Assembly: GCA_031835245.2 (NCBI GenBank)
Contig: JAVKOQ020000055.1
Coordinates: forward strand, 1 to 64,000
DNA: 64,000 nt
Direction of reading: 5' to 3'
Source of the DNA: Balamuthia mandrillaris
Taxonomy: Eukaryota
The stretch's first letter is position 1; every line of letters begins with the position of its first letter. Position numbers and translations under genes: made by a program. Shown one piece after another: positions 50,144 through 62,106 of this stretch. The notes under the pieces were generated by a model. That model worked only from the letters and a program-made list of their open reading frames with translations, made no database searches and was not told the DNA's origin.

Positions 50144-51504
50144 TTAGAGTAAGTGAATGGAGCGAAGAAAGCGGATGTGAGAAGCGGTGGGAAGAAGTGT
50201 GGTCCTATCCTGAGCAAAGCGAAGAATGCAAGAGACCATCGCTGCGCTTAGAGAGTACCTCGTGTTCTCTTCTTCCTCGTCGTAGTCATCTTCGTTTCCT
50301 TCTTCATCCTGCTCTTCTTCTGGCGCCGCTTCCACTTTTTCGTTATGTTCCTCCTCCCCCTCTTCGTCTTCCTTCTTTTCTTGTCGTTGCTTCCTTTGCA
50401 GCTCTTTACTACGACGACCCCCACAATCCGCAGCAACATGCATGAATATCCTCTCCACCAGTTCCCAAGGTAGCTCTTTTTTCATCAAGGAGGACGACGA
50501 GCCATTCCCACAACACAACAAATGTCTCGCTGCTCTCAACAACTCGAAAGCTGTTCCTATCTTTGGCGATGCTGCTGCACTGTTCCTCTTTTCTTCCCCT
50601 TCTGTTTCTTGTTCCTCTTCTTCTGCTTCTTCTAACACGCAGGGTGACCCATCGCCACGTTTTGTTCCGACCCGGAGAGAAGATCATCTTGATTGCGCTG
50701 TCGTCCGCTCGAATGCAACCCCAGAGCTCATCAAACACCGTCTCCAACGAATCGCTCCAATCCACTATCTCATAATAGCACCCAAGAATGTAGTCCCTCG
50801 CTTGCTCTCGGCCGATCTCCTCGTGGAATACTTTGACATACTGCTTCAGCAACAACTTGGAGTGAACGTCATTGGAGAGGAAGTAAGGGTTCTCCTTCAC
50901 AACCTTCCTACCTGGCTGAGTTGTGGTTGAAGATGAAGAGGACCAGCCAACGTCCCACCGTGAGCCAGCACTCGTTAGGTGCAAAGAGAAGATGTCGTCG
51001 GCGGTGAGAAAGTGGTAATGATATTCGGTGTGCTGGAACCTGTTTTTGGTTTCGTTTAGAAAGAGAAGAAGAGAAGAGAACAGAGAAGCAAAGAGAAGAC
51101 CTTTTCTTGAAGTAAGTGCGAACGCGCTGTTTGTATTTCTCGAGAGGACAGTCCAGCAAGGAGGCAGGCTCTTGCCCCTTCTCTAGAAACCTCTCCAATT
51201 TGCTCAACCTCCTCTGGTGGAGTTCTTCAAGAGAGACATCTTCCTCCGGTGTTCGCGTCGCAAAGTCAAAGAAGGAGGCCCTCAAGTAGGGAAGACGCCA
51301 CTTTTGAGGAAACGGACGGGAGTAATGCTTGTGCTCATACCGCGAACACTCCCTAGCGATTTCGTGTTGAGCCTCTGAAAGTTTTGGCGAGCGGCGGGGC
51401 AGCGGGAGTCGTTCCGCCGGTGCCACAGCAGCGCCTTTGTCGGTTGTCCTCGGCCGTTTGGGTTGGCGAGGCGCTTCGTCTTCCTTTTCTCCTTCTCGTT
51501 GCAT
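50144..51504 (-). CDS. Hypothetical protein (spliced)
   Basis: Three consecutive minus-strand open frames (50908-51504, 50409-50984, 50144-50638) with short intron-like gaps; LPWELVERIF motif. Confidence 0.5.
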
Positions 51505-51650
51505 AGGGTTCTTATTAGGGACATGAGAGAGAGTAGTGTTTTAATGTAGACAGACAGAAGACAGGACAGGAGATATTGGTACGCTCTCGCGTCCTTGCTC
51601 GCGTCCTTGCTCATGTCCTTGAACGGCATTACAAGCCAAAAAACAGGTCT

Positions 51651-54059
51651 TTATTCGCTGCTGGTGGATGCTGTTGGTGAAGTGGGAGCATCAGATGCAG
51701 AAGAAGCAGAAGCACTGGTTGGAGAAAGCGGAGGAGAGACAGCATTGTTGTTGCTATTAGAGGCACCTTGCAGCTTGGCAGTTTTGTCTTTGATGCTCCA
51801 AGTATGGACCATGTTCTTCATTCCCGTTCTAACGGAAGTGACTCCATGCTCTATTTCTTTGTGAATGAGCTCTCTTGCTTGGGCCTCTGTTCGTTGAAGG
51901 AAGAAAGACTCGATGAAGCATCTCTCTATCTCATCGTTGTGGAAGAGCGTGCTAAAGAGGAGTTGGGCCAAATGGATGAGCATTCCGTTGTTGCGGCGGA
52001 GGATGATGAAGCCGTCGGCACAGCGATGCTTGAAGTTGTCCCATTGACCTTTCTCCTCCAACTTTGCTTTGAGGAACTTGGGAATAGCGAAATGGCTATT
52101 TAATCTGAATGAGTTGAAAAGAACAAAAGCAAAAACAAGGAGAAAGAAGAAAGATATACCAAGCATCGATGCCACGCGTTTTGCGATTAAAAGCATGCTT
52201 AAAGTCAAGATGGAAGAACGTGGTGTCGTTTTGGATCATCATGTTGTCCTGATGCCTATCTCTTATACCCAGCAAATAACCTGCCACAAACCCTCCTGTG
52301 TTTGCGTTTTGTGAGAACGAAAGAGTGTAAACAAAATAAACGAAGAGGAGGAAAGAAACCAGCTGCGGTTGTAATGAACTGCTCCATGTCGGCTGCTGAA
52401 AAGCTGTCTATGACGTCCCACTTCCATTCACGCAGAGGAACAGAGTTCTCCATGAATTGCATGAAACCAGCGCCTGGTGCTATCGGACAGACGTGAAACG
52501 TGACGGCGTGGAGCTTCTTCTCGAGCCCAGAAGACTGCCACAAAAGGTTAAATACTCCCAACATTAGTTCCACCTATATATTGGTTTTGTATATTAGATC
52601 ACATCAAGCTGAAGAGAAGTGAAGAAGGAAGAAGGAAGAAGAACAACAAGAGAAGAGAACAAGGAAGGAAATAGAAACCATCATGTCAGAACGAATGTCA
52701 TCATTCTTGAACACAATCTTCTGCACAGCACCAATCAAGTCCTCCGCTTTCTCCACGACGAGCTTATTGTTGGTTCTTAGTTCAACGGAAGGAGATGAAG
52801 ATGATGGGGAAGACATCTTTTTCTCTTCTGCTCTCCTCGGGCTTTGCGGTTGTTGTTGCTGTTTCGTGCTATGTTCTTTGACCCAAGTGAAGCGTTCTTT
52901 CGTGGCGAAGAGGCGTGTTAGAATGCCGTCCTTGTTGTTATTGTTACTGCTATTGCTGTTGTTGATAGTGTCCATCTCTGTTGATGCGTTTCGAGAGAAA
53001 CTGTTGGAGGGATATGAATAAGAACAAAACAGAAAGAAAAGAACAAAAAGAACGAAGACAGGAGTTGAAGAGCACGCACAATGAAGCAATACGTTTACGA
53101 CGAGAAGCAACAACGCCATCTCCAACAACTTCTGACGAATTCCTCGGTGTTATCCCTCCTTCTCCTCCCACTTCTTCTGCTTCTTCTCCTTCGCTCTCCT
53201 CTTGCTCTTGTTCTTCTTCTTCGCGCTGTGGTGTCTCTTCTTGTTGTGGCGCAGAAGACAGAAGAGCAGCTCTCTCTTTCTCCAACAACCGCTGAGAACC
53301 AACTGCCATTGCTTTGTAGAGCATGGCGCTGCCTCGTATGTCTTCCGCTTGTGCCTGCGCACGTGCTGCATCCCCATAACGAAGCGATAAGAGACAGGGT
53401 CTGTGTCCCGATGCGAAGACTTTGGTCTTTTTGAAAAAGATATGAGGATGAGAGAACGGAAAAAAGAGCAGTCTAATAATACATACCACTTGAACATGCA
53501 CCACAGGGACATCGCTTCCAAAGAGAGGGTCAGCGAGGTCCAGCCCAGCCCAGGCCTGTCCCTCGACAGCCGTGCCAGGTCCGCTTCCTTCGCTGGCCAA
53601 ACACTTTGCAAAAAATTCGGCCGTGTTCCTCAACGGCTGGTCGTCTTCCCATAGCCATTCTTCTCCTTCCTCTCCCTCGTCTTCTCCCTCATCATCCTCC
53701 TTTGTTGCTTTGTCTTGAGAGGAAGAAGAAGACCAAGAAAAGAAGTTTGGCGGAGCGCAATCCGCTCTGCGAAGCCAAAAGCAGAGACGCTGCAATAAAG
53801 GGCTCGTCTCCACGCGACCCAGCAGAGCAAAACGAAGACGCGAAGCAAAGGGGATCCTCACGAGCAAAGGAAGGTAGTCGTAGAGCTGTTTGTCGGAGCA
53901 GTACTGCAGGTCGGCCTCTTCGAAGCTCTCGTTGACGATCTTGTGGAGAAGAACAAAGTCGGGAAGCTGGTATTGGTGCTGCAGCCGCTGCGCCACCACG
54001 TAATTGCTGTCACGTTTTCTGTTGGGCGGTGATGTTTGTTGCTGCTGTTTCTTTTGCAT
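51651..54059 (-). CDS. Atypical phosphatidylinositol 3/4-kinase family protein, multi-exon
   Basis: VFASGHRPCLL, FKNDDIRSDMM, GFMQFM, GYLLGIRDRHQDNMMI, FFHLDFKHAF. Confidence 0.8.
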
Positions 54060-54315
54060 GCTTGTTGTTTGTTGCTTATGGTCTTGCTAAGCAAGAAGAA
54101 GAAGCAGAAGAAGGAAGGGATGGCTGCGTTACTGCCTTTTCTTTGGTCGTTAAATTTTGTTATGCGAAACCATAACGTTATCCAAATAAAGTAAAACTAT
54201 AGATCAAACTATTAGTATGATCTAATTTGTACACATGCATTGCACAGATTGTTCACCTTTTGTCCTCTCTTCTTATTTTATTTTTTATTTTATTTTATTA
54301 TTTTATTATTTTTCG

Positions 54316-56200
54316 TTAAAACGATGGAAGGAAGAAGTCTTGCTGCCGGATGCCCTTGTCCTTCGTCGCCACCGCATCGTCCTTTCGTGGGAAGGGAAAA
54401 GGAATGCCTTTCTTGAGAAGCGCTGCTTTCACCTCATCCGCAAAAGCGTTGGCAAAACGCTCCTTTTCGATGTAGGGCTTCGCGTTGAAGACTGGAATCA
54501 CGCGTTGCTCTATTGCGTCCCGTTCTTTCTTCATTCGCCTCATGTCTTCTTGTTGTTTCCTCCTATGCTCTTTTTCAGCGGCAGCGCCTTCTTCTGCTTC
54601 GTTTGCTTTCTTCTCTTTTGTTTCTTTTTCCGCTTCTGTTTCTTCTTTTGCTTCATTCATCTTTTCTTCTTCTAGTTCTTTTTCTTGTTCTTCATCTTCT
54701 TCATCATCATCATCATCATCATCATTTTCTTCTTCTTCTTCTTCTTCTTCTTCTTCTTCTTCTTTGAGTTCTTCTTTCGCTTCTTTCCTTTTATGTTCTT
54801 CAGTTGAGCTCTTCTCATTTAACCATTTTTGCTTAGTAACCCCAATTAAGAGCTTCTCACTTTCACCATTCTCCTGCCCTTCACCTTCCTTTTCTTTTTC
54901 CTTTTGCTTCTTTGTTTCTTCATCATCTTCTTCGTCCTCTCCTCTAGGCTGCATTTTCTTTGCTGCCGCTGTGGATGCTTTTTTGTGCTGAGCTGCCAAA
55001 TCTGAGAGAGAGAGAGAGAGAGAGAGAAGAAAATATGATCAATACACTCATTACGTTTGTCTAAGAGTGAATGCACTTACAGTTCTTTCGTTCCTCCTCA
55101 TAAAAGCTGCAATAGTCAACGTAATGACCGATTTCATGTGGTATGGAAAAGAGTTGAGTCGCTCTATAGGCATTAAAATTGGGTTCAAAAGTTATAGCTC
55201 GTTTGCCTAGAGGGTTACGTTAAAATAGAACAAGCATAATGTAAGCGCAAAGTTACAATACAAAAAAGTAATACCGTATGTAATGATATGTCCATCTTCC
55301 GTCAATCTTTTCAACTGTTCTTTCGAGTAACTGTCCATGCTCGTGCCCCACTAATGTATATCAAAATATCATCATTCTTTAGAAGAAGAAGAAGAAGAAG
55401 AAGAAGAAGAAGAAGAAGAAGAAGAAGAACAAGAAGAACAAGAACAAGAAGAAGAAGAAGAACAAGAAGAAGAAGAATGAAGAAGCAGAAGAAAGACGAA
55501 GAGGAAGAAGAAGAACAAGAACAAGAACAAGAACAAGAAGAAGAAGAATGAAGAGTGAAGAATGAAGAAAGAAGAACAAGACGAAACGGACAGCAAAAGA
55601 AGACGAAGATAAAGAAGAGCAAGAAGAAGAACAAAAAGAACAAAAAATCAAAATAACAACAAGAGGAATGGATACTGACTTTAATAGGTTTGTCGAATGG
55701 TTGGGCAGCCACCCACATAACAGGTCCATCATGATTGACGCTCGGAGGGCCAGCACACTCTATCTCCTCCCTGGCCATCATGGAAGCCCACGTGTCGCCA
55801 CGGTGCATGCTCGGGTGCTTGTTATAGCTTTTACGTTTCGGCTGTACCAACATATACAAGAAAGGCTCAACTAAAATGAATACCATTAATAAGCTAGAAG
55901 AAGGAAGAGAGAAAGCAGAAAGAAACAAAAAAGAAGAAGACAAAAGCCAGATAAAAGAAGCAAGAAAAAAACAGAGGAGGGTCGTACCATAGTGGGCAGG
56001 ACAACACTGAAGCATAGTGCAAATGTCGTCAATGGTGCATACGTGCACGTGGTCGTGAAGAGTGTGCTCCACCACAAAAGTGACTTCCACCTCCTTTCGC
56101 TTTGCTTCTCCTTCTTCCTCCCATTCGCACTCTATCTTTCGTTTAACAACAGCATGAGGACCTTTTCATTTTTTGTTTTTAAGGGTGTAATGTAAGCAAA
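54316..56200 (-). CDS. Hypothetical multi-exon protein with acidic C-terminal region (5' end uncertain)
   Basis: Exon-like segments separated by pyrimidine-rich introns; terminal ORF 54316-54999. Confidence 0.45.
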
Positions 56201-57025
56201 CAACATTGGGAAAAAAAAAAGGGGGCAAGAGCAACAACGTACGAACGCGCTCCGATTGCCATCTAGGTTTGTTGGAAGGTCCTCCGTACCGGCTACTTGC
56301 CCGAGGCTTTGCTCTTCTAACGGGAGAGTACCCTTGGGCCAGTTTGCCTTTCATCTCTCTTCCGGTTCGTTTGCCAGCATTTGACTAACGCGCAATGGTA
56401 GGGTTTGACAGTGGTCCTTGTCGACGCTAATTTTCCCCTGCTGAAAGTAGCGGGGAAGCGGAGGGACTTTTTTGCTGCCCTTTTTTCCCTCGCCATTTCT
56501 TTTCAGTCATTTCCCTAATTTCATTATTGTCGAAAATTGATCAATGCATCTAACCTTTTATGGTAACCTGATGTCATCATTTACTTTAATGGAAAAGCTG
56601 AGATGATTGCCGATTGGCGGTCCGAAAGGAAAAACGACTCTTATGGTGAAGGCGTGATAATGGATGATGGAGAAGGACCAAGATAAAGGGACGAAGAGAG
56701 AAGCGACGATGAGCCTCAACCATCAAGCAGTGGTTTGCCGAGAAGCACAGCTGCTGTGGCAACCAAAAAAGTCCGACGATCGCATAGCTGCTGCGTTCAG
56801 CAGCTTTGCTTCCCGCTAGCTTTTTCAAGACGACATGAGGAAACTTTGGTGAATTATGTCGACCAATATCGACATTAGGCCAAAAACTTTGGGAGTTGTA
56901 TCGAAAAATCGCAGAATATTCATAAATATTGGGGAATATACAAAAAGATCGATTTGAGACCAAAAAATTTATTCGGTTTTTTTAACGTTTTTTTCACAAC
57001 AAAACGGCAACTTGGAAGCAAAGGA

Positions 57026-58546
57026 ATGTCGGCCGATACCTTCCAGGCCATCTCGAAGCGGCTGGGAGAGCTCGAAGCAGACCTGGCTCGATACAAGCAG
57101 GACCTGGCAGACCTGGAAAAAAAGATCGCCGCCGCCTCTCTGAAAAGAAAACGTGAAGCCTTGAAGGCCGCCCCTGGCGCCACCAGCAACATGTTGGAAG
57201 ATGAGAAGAACCGCGCCACAAAAGAACTCCCTCCTGCTTCTCCGCCTCCCGCCAAACGAGCAAAAAGAACAACCTCTCGCATCGACGACAAAACCAGAGA
57301 GGCGGTCGTCAAGCAAGTGCACAATGACTTCATGACCTGGGAGGAGGTCGCTGCCGCGCACAACATCTCCCAAGCCTCCGTTGCACGAATAATGGCTGAG
57401 CACCGCTCCAACAAAAAGACGGAGCGCAAGAGAAGAGGAAGAAAGCAAAAGCTGAGTGAAGAGGACCTGATGCAAGTCTTGGAGTGGATAGAGGAAGGTG
57501 AGAACGGCAATGATGCATGGTTGAGCAGCAAGGCCATTGTGGCTCGCCTGAAGGCAACACGTGGCAAGGAAGTGTCGGCCAGCACGTTGGAAGCATGCTT
57601 GGAGGAGCTAGGAATCGCCGCCAGAGAGGCCTTGCCCATCCCCAAGGAACGATGGAACACTCCTGAGGTGCTCGAGAAGCGAAAACTCTTCACATATCAG
57701 CTGATGGTCGTATGTGGCCAAAGAGCAAAAGTGTACGTGGGCGTCTGTCCTTTTCACCTGAAGCTGCATCAAAAGAAGAAAGCCAAAGTCAGAAGTGAAG
57801 ACGAAGCGTCGGACGTGCTGCAAGAACAGCAGCAACAACAAGAACAAGAACCACAGAAACAAGAACACGCACAACAGCAAGAAAAGGAGGGCACCACGCA
57901 ATTGACACTCACCCCTTTGCCCAAGCGAAGAACTCTGTCCTTGATCGCTGCCCTCTCCGATGACGGCCTCTGCCACTCGCAGTTTGTCCCGTTCGTTGCC
58001 AAACACAAGCGCCACGATGCAAACAGCGACACCCACAAGGAGCAGCAGAGGAGGAGAGGAGTCACCGCTTCTGACTTGGAACTGTTCCTCGAGGAGCTCG
58101 CAAAGAGAGTACCGCGGGAGAGCGTGGTGGTCATCGATGAGCGCTACGCGGATTGGCTGGGCGGCAGCTTCGTCACGAGGCTGCACGAGACCTACCACAT
58201 CTCTGTGTTGCTGCTGCCTTCTTGCTCTCCCTTTCTCAACCCGATGGAGTACTGCTTTGCCAAGCTCAAAGAAGGCGTGGGAGGAAGCAGCTACAAGAGC
58301 GTGGAGGAACTGAGAGCAAAGATTGAGGAGGCGCTGGGGCGGCTCACCAGGAGCGACGTGGCAGAGTTCACGAAACAAAGAATGATACCCTGCCTCGGAC
58401 AGAGCGTCCTGGGCAAGCCCTTCACCCAAGGGAGGCCCCTAGCGCCGGTACTGGACGAGCAGGCAGCCGGCACCGGTGCCGGCATGTGGAGCTTCTTCTG
58501 CGACAGCAACCACCCCCTCCAGCAGCAGCTTGCCACCCAAAAATAA
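57026..58546 (+). CDS. IS630/Tc1-mariner transposase-derived protein, probably catalytically altered
   Basis: HTH (EEVAAAHNISQASVARI), RGRKQKLSEE, VSASTL, LSLIAALSDDG, VVVIDE, LLLPSCSPFLNPMEYCFAKLK; first DDE Asp replaced (KVYVGVCPF). Confidence 0.85.
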   Translation: MSADTFQAISKRLGELEADLARYKQDLADLEKKIAAASLKRKREALKAAPGATSNMLEDEKNRATKELPPASPPPAKRAKRTTSRIDDKTREAVVKQVHNDFMTWEEVAAAHNISQASVARIMAEHRSNKKTERKRRGRKQKLSEEDLMQVLEWIEEGENGNDAWLSSKAIVARLKATRGKEVSASTLEACLEELGIAAREALPIPKERWNTPEVLEKRKLFTYQLMVVCGQRAKVYVGVCPFHLKLHQKKKAKVRSEDEASDVLQEQQQQQEQEPQKQEHAQQQEKEGTTQLTLTPLPKRRTLSLIAALSDDGLCHSQFVPFVAKHKRHDANSDTHKEQQRRRGVTASDLELFLEELAKRVPRESVVVIDERYADWLGGSFVTRLHETYHISVLLLPSCSPFLNPMEYCFAKLKEGVGGSSYKSVEELRAKIEEALGRLTRSDVAEFTKQRMIPCLGQSVLGKPFTQGRPLAPVLDEQAAGTGAGMWSFFCDSNHPLQQQLATQK

Positions 58547-58630
58547 TCGTTGTTGTATAGCAAAATAATTGTAAAAAGCACCAATAAAATTTTTAGTTTC
58601 TTATTTATTAACACATTATAGAAGCCAATA

Positions 58631-58696
58631 TTTGATCTGTTGATTAAAAGTTTCAAACCACCAATCAAAAATCAAAACGCTTAAACACCATAAAAA
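58631..58696 (+). repeat. Dispersed direct repeat, copy 1
   Basis: 33-bp identical core AAAAGTTTCAAACCACCAATCAAAAATCAAAAC (58646-58678) shared with 61714-61746, with similar flanks. Confidence 0.85.
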
Positions 58697-59405
58697 AATC
58701 TTTAAAGCCGAAAGCACCTTCATCTAAGGAGTGAAAAGGATACCTCCCACATCGAAAACCAAACAACAATACTTATTGCTTCACCCAGCTCGAGTGCACT
58801 CGGCATGCTAGTGCGCTTCCTACACCGCGACTGGAAAAGATGATTCGTAAGCTGGAGGCATGATGTTTGAATGTGACAACCAAGGAAAGAGACAGACAAT
58901 TACAAGAAAGTTTTGCCTCAAGGAGCAGTTCAAGCTGTTCCATAGCCATGCCACTTATCAGCTCAAACTGTCTTCGTCTTTCTCTTTCCTTGGTTGTCGT
59001 GTCCAAACATGCCTCCAGCTTATGAATTATCTTTTCCAGTTGTGCAAGCTTTTCTCTTTCCTCATCTCCGCTCTCTCTCACCATTTTATCTAACCGAGAA
59101 AGAGGGAAGGAGAAAAAGAAGGTGTTGTTGTTTCTTGCTCGTTTATTAACGCCAATAAATGTGCCGTTCAGTACTCAACGCAACTGCTTTCTGTTGTTTT
59201 GCTTAGCCAAAGAGATCCGCTTACCAGATCGTTGTGTTTTTTTCGAAGAAAGATAGATAGAAAGAGAAGAGAGAATGAACCGAGGTACAGAGTCACACAG
59301 TCTTCTATTGTTGGCCCGTCTAAAAAAAAAGGAGTGGAGGATAAAGGAAGGAGATGTCAATGCTAAGGGCTTGATTTAGGTACAAGAAGAACAAGGGGAA
59401 GAAGC

Positions 59406-61437
59406 TCATACGCCGAGCGGTTTATCGCCAAGAAGACCACCAGCGCCACCAGAGCTAGGTGCACCGTTGGAACCGGGGGCACCGTTAGAGCTAGGAGAAG
59501 AGACGCCACCGGAACCTGGAGCAGAGGGATATCCCATCTGTGCTGTCTGTTTATCCCAAAATTGCGCAGTAGAAGATAAGAAGACAAAGTGAGAGAAAGA
59601 AGAGAGAAGAAAGTGAAAAGAAGGAGAGGAAGATTAAAGAGAAGCAGGAGAAGGCTTGAGATGAGCAATAAAAGTAGGGGTTACACGTACCTGTTGCCAA
59701 GCTGCTCAAAGTGATCGTGAATAAGAAGAGATGGTGAGAGAAATGATAAAAAAATGTGCGATATAATTCGAAGATTCGACAGGGGACAAGGAAGAAACAC
59801 CCAAAAGAAGAAAAGAAAACCAAAAAATAGAAATAAAAAAGGGAAGGGAAAACACGAAGGAAAAGAACAAGCGAAGAGACAAGGTTCAAAGTAATTTTAA
59901 ATAAGTACGCATAACAAGAGGATGATCCAGAAAAATACGAAACTCAAACAATAACAAAAAAAGCAATAACAAAACAAAATTATCTCTCACCAACCTTGGT
60001 ACTGCTGCTGATACTGCTGTTGCTGCTGTGTGCCCTGCTGTTGGGGTTGTTGTTGGTACTGTTGTTGTGTTTGTTGCGGCGATCCTGGTTGCTGTTGTTG
60101 TTGCTGTTGCTGTTGTGGATAAGCATATTGCCCTTGTTGCGCGCCATAGTTGTAGTGAGAGTAGTATTGGTTGTAATATGCCTGATAGGGATCATAGTAG
60201 CCAGCATACATCTGTTGAGCAGCAGCGTCCGTGGCGGTGCTGCCGGCAGCGGCGGTAGTAGAAGAGATTGCACCAGTGGTGGCGGTGCCGGCAGCTCCAA
60301 CTGCGCCAGTGGCAGCGGTGGGATAGGACAAGTAGGATTGAGGGGGTTGTTGCATAAAGCCAGCTTGGGCGTAGCCGGGCATGGCGGCGTAGTGTTGGTG
60401 CATGGCGGCGGTGGTTGTTGCTCCGGAGGGGGAGACCTCAGGAGCCTTCCGGTAGGCTGGTCCTACATTCATCTGTTGGAGTTGATTGTGTTAAAAAGGA
60501 GAAAAGGATAGAACCAAGGACAGCATAAGAAGAGAGAGAGAGAGAGGGGGGAAAAAGAGAAGAAAGAACGAGATGAGAGCAGATAAAAAGGAGAGAAAAG
60601 AATGAAAGGATAGAAGTAAGAACCATTTTGCCGAGAAAGTACAGGTTATTTTGACCCTTAACATGCTCTGCTGTTTCAGCATCTGCAAACGTCACAAAGC
60701 CGTAACTATGGCCAAGAGAAGAAAAAAAAAAAGAGAGAAAAAAATGAAGAGGGGAGAACGAGTGAGACACAGTTAGCATTGGCAACAAAGAAGCAAAGTG
60801 AAGAGCGTAAGTTTGTTTTTAATAAAGCGCATACCCTTTAGAGAAACCGGTGGCACGGTCCATTATGATTTTGCATTCGACCACTGGACCAAATGTTTCA
60901 AAAAAAGTTCTTAGCTGAGCTTCATCGGCCTTCGAAGGAAAACAAACGGGAAACCAAAATGCGAAAACCGAAAGAAGACAGCGAAAAAAAAATGAAAAAG
61001 GACAGAGAGAAAAAAATAGAAACATAATTCGGAGAGCGGAAATCGATGAAAGAGAAAGAAAGAGAGAAAGAAAAAAAAAGGAGGGTTGTAAGAAAAAAAA
61101 GTTTTTTTGGGGGGGATGAAGGGAAGGGGGAAGGAGAAGGGGGGAGAGAGGGAGAGGGAGAGGAGCGTGTGAATTGCAAGAGAGAAGTTCAAAAATTTTA
61201 TAAACTTTTGGGGGGAGGTGAGAAAGATGAAAAATTTTGGGTTTCGTGAAACAGCGTGTGTTGTTGTTGTTGTTGGTGCTGAATAAAGTTATTCACCACG
61301 CAGGAGATGACAAAAAAACCGTGAACAGAGACAAACGAAAGCACACAAACAAACAAATAAACACAAACAATTTTTGTTTCCAGGCGTACCTTCCAGCTGA
61401 TGCCTCCAACGAAAACTTTGAGCGTGGTGTCGGTCAT
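59406..61437 (-). CDS. Single-RRM RNA-binding protein, Boule/DAZ-like, with Q/Y-rich tail, multi-exon
   Basis: KVFVGGISWK-ADEAQLRTFFETFGPVVECKIIMDRATGFSKG-YGFVTF...MNVGPAYRK; prion-like Q/Y region; last exon MGYPSAPG...KPLGV*. Confidence 0.85.
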
Positions 61438-61699
61438 TCTTTGCTCTCTACAGGAAAGAAAAATGAAGAATGAAGGTGGAAGTTGAAAAGGGATTGTTGT
61501 GCGTCGGAAAAAAAATAAAAATAAAGGAGCAGAGAAACAGAGAGAGAAAGAGAGAGACAAGGAAAGAAAAAAAAAATGGTTTGTTTGTTTGCTGCGAGAG
61601 AAAATCGTGAAAAAAAAAAAAATAGTCAACGGAAGAAATCGACTCCTCAAACGTCGACATGTATGCTTTTTGGGTGCACACTTTATAGCGGCTCAATTC

Positions 61700-61770
61700 T
61701 TTGATCTGTTACCAAAAGTTTCAAACCACCAATCAAAAATCAAAACAAAGGCTTAAACTTACCATAAAAA
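61700..61770 (+). repeat. Dispersed direct repeat, copy 2, in the RRM/ELMOD divergent promoter
   Basis: Matches 58631-58696; contains CCAAT. Confidence 0.85.
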
Positions 61771-62106
61771 GGCCTTTTCCGTTGTCTTTTTCTTTGTCTC
61801 ATCTCTGGCAGAGATCTTTCACGTCGACAAAAATTCATTGCTCCACTTTATGCACACTTCCTGCAACTTTTCTGCTGCCATTGCCGTATTGCTGGCTGGT
61901 CAAATGCAGCAGCACCCGAGCAGCTTTTGTGGATCCAGTTTCGGCGAAGAGGGCGACGTCGACACGAACATCAACGTAGCGGAACTGGCAGCAGATTTTC
62001 AAGAAGAAGAGAAAGAGCAGAGAGAGTCCGAAGAAGAAGAAGAAGAAGAAGAAGGAGAACAAGAAGAAGAAAAATAGAAAGACCAAGGAGAGGAGATCAG
62101 TACTGA

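Noticed and set aside
57026..58546. IS630/Tc1 protein as the mobiliser of the Fanzor element
   Set aside because: This superfamily duplicates TA; although the ends can be read as TA-flanked, that would not explain the 8-10 bp direct repeat, and the protein lacks the first catalytic Asp
58773..59084. Short coiled-coil ORF on the minus strand
   Set aside because: No recognisable motif or clear gene structure; left unannotated
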